Position numbers and translations under genes: made by a program. A stretch of DNA of 10,344 nucleotides from NCBI GenBank assembly GCA_001192655.1, contig BBVC01000029.1:1-10344 (forward strand). The letters are read 5' to 3'. The stretch is from Caedimonas varicaedens. GTDB lineage: Bacteria > Pseudomonadota > Alphaproteobacteria > Caedimonadales > Caedimonadaceae. Positions 7,774 through 10,344 of the stretch are shown here, piece after piece; the stretch's first letter is position 1; every line of letters begins with the position of its first letter. Under the pieces are notes generated by a model, which had not been told where the DNA came from, ran no database searches, and saw nothing but the letters and a program-made list of their open reading frames with translations.

Positions 7774-8367
7774 ATGAAAAATAAATCTCTTCTCTCATCT
7801 TTATTGATCTTGGTTCTATTATTCTCATCTTCTTTTGTGCACGCTCTGAGTTTGAATTTTATTAAAAGAGGATTCAAAAGTTGTACAGAAACATGTGGAG
7901 ATCAATCTATCTGCTCTCTGGAAAATGATAGTGCATTCAGATGGTGCTTAAAAAATTGCACTTATAAAATGGATGTTAAGGGTTTATGTGAAACAGTACT
8001 CCCCTTTAAATTAAGACCCGTATTGCCATACGAAACTTATTCAGGAGCTTACAATACAAACCAAGTCAGCATTTTCGCCCTTGAAAATCTGGATCGGCGT
8101 TTTGTAGAACAAACCACAGACCGAAGAAGAGTCGTTGGAACGGCCAAGTTGATTCTTCTTGTTCGTGCCCAACTGCTCAAGGGAGTAGATATTCAAAAAT
8201 TAAGCGCCCCAGAACGAGAAAATTTGGCAGACAAGCTTTTTATTGAATATTTTAAAGGTGTTCCTTCCATCATAGATGCTTATAAAAAAACGGGGGTAAT
8301 CCCGGATGATAAGCTTGCGTACCTTTTTAAGGAAGTCAAAAATGAAATTCTCCTTAAAGTGCGCTGA
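7774..8367 (+). CDS. Hypothetical secreted protein with N-terminal six-cysteine (twin CX3C) module
   Basis: 197 aa ORF starting at ATG. It has a clear Sec signal peptide, MKNKSLLSSLLILVLLFSSSFVHA-LS. All six Cys lie in aa 37-72 with spacing C-x3-C-x5-C-x10-C-x3-C-x9-C, and the remaining 125 aa have none. I recognise no family. The SD is weak (GAGA). Confidence 0.65.
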   Translation: MKNKSLLSSLLILVLLFSSSFVHALSLNFIKRGFKSCTETCGDQSICSLENDSAFRWCLKNCTYKMDVKGLCETVLPFKLRPVLPYETYSGAYNTNQVSIFALENLDRRFVEQTTDRRRVVGTAKLILLVRAQLLKGVDIQKLSAPERENLADKLFIEYFKGVPSIIDAYKKTGVIPDDKLAYLFKEVKNEILLKVR

Positions 8368-8447
8368 ATGTTTTCTACTGTACGATTCAAAACAGTCTCT
8401 TGCATTAATTTGAAATCTTCTTCTGTGGTTTAACACTCGGCATCTAT

Positions 8448-8479
8448 GAGAGGAGATGCAGTGAGTGAACTCTCCTCTC
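8448..8479. terminator. Stem-loop between convergent genes (possible bidirectional terminator)
   Basis: GAGAGGAG(A) at 8448..8456 pairs with (T)CTCCTCTC at 8471..8479, giving 8-9 bp with a loop of about 14 nt. It lies in the 132-nt gap between the 3' ends of 7774..8367(+) and 8500..9498(-). There is no clean T-run on either strand, so function is uncertain. Confidence 0.3.
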
Positions 8480-8499
8480 CCGACCTTTAAAAATTATTA

Positions 8500-9498
8500 T
8501 TATTTCTTTTCAAAAGTTTCCATTGCCTGCGCGAAAGCATGGTAAATCGAGGGTAATTTTGAAATCTGAGGACTCTTTGGTTTATTGTTTAAGTAAACGA
8601 GGTAATCTTGATTGTGAATAGGAAGAATATCGGTTGTATTCTCACCGTGCAAAAGACGATGAACAACCTGTGCTGCTGTTTCGCCTTGCCCAAGAGGAGA
8701 TGAGGTCACAGCAATGTCGCCGCCGTCATGCACAAATGAATCGACACATCCAATCACAGGAATTGTCGTATTTTGAGTCGTCCAGTTAATAAGTTCTTGA
8801 GAATTTTTCAGAACGGTTTGACTGTCATCTGTATAAATTTTTTTGTAATTAGAAACAAGCAGGATATCTGCCTTATCTGCGATGGATGACACGACTTCCT
8901 TCCAATCCTCAAAAGTATTAACTGTCATAAGGTCAATAAGACTATAGGGGCTCCAATCTGCTGCTGAAAACGTTTGTTTGATAATTTTTGATAAATCGGA
9001 ATTATCTCCAAGAAGGATGATTTTTATTTTTTCTCTAGGACTTTTCTTAGCAGGAAGAAATGAAATAAGTTCCTTGATTGCATTGGCGGGATTAGATCTG
9101 AAGATATTCGTGACATTACGTGCCTCGTCATAATCCTGACCTGGAAAAGTAGTGTTCAGGTCACAAAAAATAATTTTCTTTCCTGGCCTATTCATGTAAG
9201 TACGGCCAATGAGTTCCTGGGCGTTGCTGCCGCACAATACAAGCAGATCTGGATTCAAGCGGTCAATGGTCTGTCGCGTCAGCACGCCATTTTTTAACTT
9301 ATTGATCTCGCTTAAATTGAATTTTGATTCAAGATATTGGTAAGAAATAGTAACGTGATTTTCGCTTAAAAGATTTCTTTGAAAGCCTGTGTTGAAATCT
9401 TCTATCCATGTATCTTTTTCGGGCAAACTGTGTACAACCATAATACGCGGTCTAAGACTTATCAGAGAAAGGAAAATCAGAATGAAGATTTTACTCAC
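8500..9498 (-). CDS. Periplasmic binding protein, ABC_sub_bind (PF04392)-like, orphan (no transporter partners in window)
   Basis: 332 aa ORF. Its start codon is GTG (reverse complement of CAC 9496..9498), followed by the hydrophobic leader SKIFILIFLSLISL. The layout parallels PF04392 proteins as I recall them: RIMVVHSLPEKDTWIEDFNTGF, PDLLVLCGSNAQELI, NVTNIFRSNPANAIKELISFLP...IKIILLGDNSDLSK, KADILLVSN, and IPVIGCVDSFVHDGGDIAVTSSPLGQGETAAQVVHRLLHGENTTDILPI. No SD is visible. Confidence 0.65.
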   Translation of the reverse strand: MSKIFILIFLSLISLRPRIMVVHSLPEKDTWIEDFNTGFQRNLLSENHVTISYQYLESKFNLSEINKLKNGVLTRQTIDRLNPDLLVLCGSNAQELIGRTYMNRPGKKIIFCDLNTTFPGQDYDEARNVTNIFRSNPANAIKELISFLPAKKSPREKIKIILLGDNSDLSKIIKQTFSAADWSPYSLIDLMTVNTFEDWKEVVSSIADKADILLVSNYKKIYTDDSQTVLKNSQELINWTTQNTTIPVIGCVDSFVHDGGDIAVTSSPLGQGETAAQVVHRLLHGENTTDILPIHNQDYLVYLNNKPKSPQISKLPSIYHAFAQAMETFEKK

Positions 9499-9697
9499 AG
9501 CAAATGAAGTTATGCAACGCCGTCCATGGTGGACGAGTGACGCTTTACAAAAATGCGTTGAAGCAGAGGATAGAAAATCACCAATGGCTTCTTTTGCTAA
9601 GCGTCCCCACTTTATTTATGACATGGCAAAAGTGATTGAAGCGGAAAAAAGCCCAACATTTATCACTTACACAAGAGGAAAGGGAAGAGAGCAATGA
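9482..9697 (+). CDS. Small hypothetical protein (71 aa), possibly a weak excisionase/AlpA-like HTH; first gene of the small-ORF operon
   Basis: I trimmed the track ORF 9389..9697 to the ATG at 9482 (MKILLTANEVMQRRPWWTSDALQKCVEAEDRKSPMASFAKRPHFIYDMAKVIEAEKSPTFITYTRGKGREQ). The upstream 31 codons are antisense to the binding-protein gene, and AAAGGAAAA lies 8 nt upstream of 9482. An alternative ATG is at 9512. The LLTxxEV...F...D...I pattern only loosely resembles AlpA/Xis HTH proteins. Confidence 0.5.
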   Translation: MKILLTANEVMQRRPWWTSDALQKCVEAEDRKSPMASFAKRPHFIYDMAKVIEAEKSPTFITYTRGKGREQ

Positions 9698-9951
9698 CAC
9701 CTTTTAGTGAAGATGACTTGTTTAATAAGGGTTTTATCTACGGCGTCCGTCTTTCTCATGAAGGTCTTATGCCCGTGTTGGATCAGAAGGCAACACCTTA
9801 TGAATTGCATCAAACAATCAAGCAATTGAGTCAGTCAAAACATAGCCTGAGCGTTTTAATGGATGAAGCTATCAGGCTTTTAGAACAGGCCGTGATGCGG
9901 AAAAAGATGAAAGAAGAAAATGGAGGAATCAATGAAGATGGAGACATCTAA
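9694..9951 (+). CDS. Small acidic hypothetical protein (85 aa)
   Basis: The ATG at 9694 overlaps the upstream stop (ATGA) and follows a purine-rich AGGAAAGGGAAGAGAG. The product MTPFSEDDLFNKGF...LLEQAVMRKKMKEENGGINEDGDI is predicted helical with an acidic tail. No family recognised. Confidence 0.6.
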   Translation: MTPFSEDDLFNKGFIYGVRLSHEGLMPVLDQKATPYELHQTIKQLSQSKHSLSVLMDEAIRLLEQAVMRKKMKEENGGINEDGDI

Positions 9952-10096
9952 AAAGAAGCTGAATCCGAGAATCAAGTTTTTGAGACTCAAGAGTGATGAG
10001 TTCAAGCTTGTCACCCAAAACATTAAAATTTCTCAACGGCTTGAAAAAGTTAGAGAAAAAATAAAGCAGTTATCGTTACAGTTAGGAGAGGAATAA
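9932..10096 (+). CDS. Small basic coiled-coil-like hypothetical protein (54 aa), not in supplied ORF track
   Basis: Hand translation gives MKMETSKKKLNPRIKFLRLKSDEFKLVTQNIKISQRLEKVREKIKQLSLQLGEE*, with stop TAA at 10094..10096. A strong SD, GGAGGA (9922..9927), lies 4 nt upstream of the ATG at 9932. The ORF starts 20 nt inside the 3' end of the previous ORF in another frame. It falls below the track's apparent length cutoff. Confidence 0.5.
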   Translation: MKMETSKKKLNPRIKFLRLKSDEFKLVTQNIKISQRLEKVREKIKQLSLQLGEE

Positions 10097-10344
10097 TGGA
10101 AGAAAGAATGCTTTTAGCCACAGAAAAGACATCTTATGGCTCGCTGTATGGGGCTTGCAAACTTCTTCAAGCGTTCCATAAGGACATCCCCAAAGATGCC
10201 AGTGAGGTCTTTTCTCTTAGTGTTTTGAATGCTTTGAAAGATTGCAAAGAAGAAATTATGGACATTGAGAATACGCTTTTGCATGCGAGCAGAAAGCAGA
10301 GCGAGTGGAATGATCTTGTAAGAGCTTTTAATGAAGCTATAGCT
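10096..10344 (+). CDS. Hypothetical protein, N-terminal 83 codons; open to window end, not in supplied ORF track
   Basis: The ATG at 10096 shares one base with the upstream TAA (TAATG), and the SD AGGAGAGG lies at 10084..10091. Hand translation gives MEERMLLATEKTSYGSLYGACKLLQAFHKDIPKDASEVFSLSVLNALKDCKEEIMDIENTLLHASRKQSEWNDLVRAFNEAIA with no stop through 10344. Confidence 0.6.
   Translation, partial: MEERMLLATEKTSYGSLYGACKLLQAFHKDIPKDASEVFSLSVLNALKDCKEEIMDIENTLLHASRKQSEWNDLVRAFNEAIA

Noticed and set aside
8368-8433. A 21-codon ORF (MFSTVRFKTVSCINLKSSSVV) starting directly after the stop of the 197-aa gene (TGAATG).
   Set aside because: It is very short, with no SD and no recognisable features. 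It is most likely a chance ORF in the 3' UTR.
8200-8436. A 78-aa minus-strand ORF overlapping the 3' end of the 197-aa secreted protein gene.
   Set aside because: It is antisense to a longer ORF that has a convincing signal peptide. It has no SD or motif support, and the terminator-like hairpin lies upstream of it rather than downstream.
9389-9481. The N-terminal 31 codons of track ORF 9389..9697 (the 102-aa version).
   Set aside because: This extension is entirely antisense to the 5' coding region of the binding-protein gene. The internal ATG at 9482 has a purine-rich SD-like element, so I trimmed the call. The longer form cannot be strictly excluded.
9482-10344. The idea that the four small ORFs are an R-body (reb) locus, given small proteins in a possibly Caedibacter-like symbiont.
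   Set aside because: RebA/B/D proteins, as I recall them, are Ala/Gln/Thr/Val-rich and mutually homologous. These four ORFs are charged, unlike each other, and show no such composition.
1-10344. A search for CRISPR repeats, tRNA/rRNA genes, IS inverted repeats, integrases and known defence-system genes.
   Set aside because: I could find no periodic direct repeats, cloverleaf-compatible segments, transposase or integrase-like ORFs, or nuclease/ATPase defence signatures by eye. A PLD-family defence nuclease reading for 271..1344 was rejected because that protein has a signal peptide and duplicated HKD motifs typical of lipid-acting enzymes.

Overview
This looks like a moderately AT-rich alphaproteobacterial chromosome segment; the gene order and the PopZ/DUF2497 homolog support that, and a host-associated lifestyle is only an inference. 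The centre (1476..7486, all minus strand) is a conserved housekeeping block: pcm-like methyltransferase, single-domain rhodanese, TolC, PopZ and ValS, with two ATGA stop/start overlaps. The left flank carries the N-terminus of a Fic-family protein (minus, runs off the window) divergent from a secreted two-HKD phospholipase D protein. The right flank (7774..end) looks accessory. It holds a signal-peptide protein with a six-cysteine twin-CX3C module, an orphan PF04392-like periplasmic binding protein, and a tightly packed plus-strand operon of four small ORFs I cannot assign to any family. Two of those ORFs are missing from the supplied track: a 54-codon ORF and one open to the window end. I found no tRNA, rRNA, CRISPR array, IS element, integrase or recognisable defence system. 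The best candidate for something undescribed is the truncated small-ORF operon at 9482..10344, but the evidence is only architectural. All family assignments come from motif recognition by eye, not from database searches.
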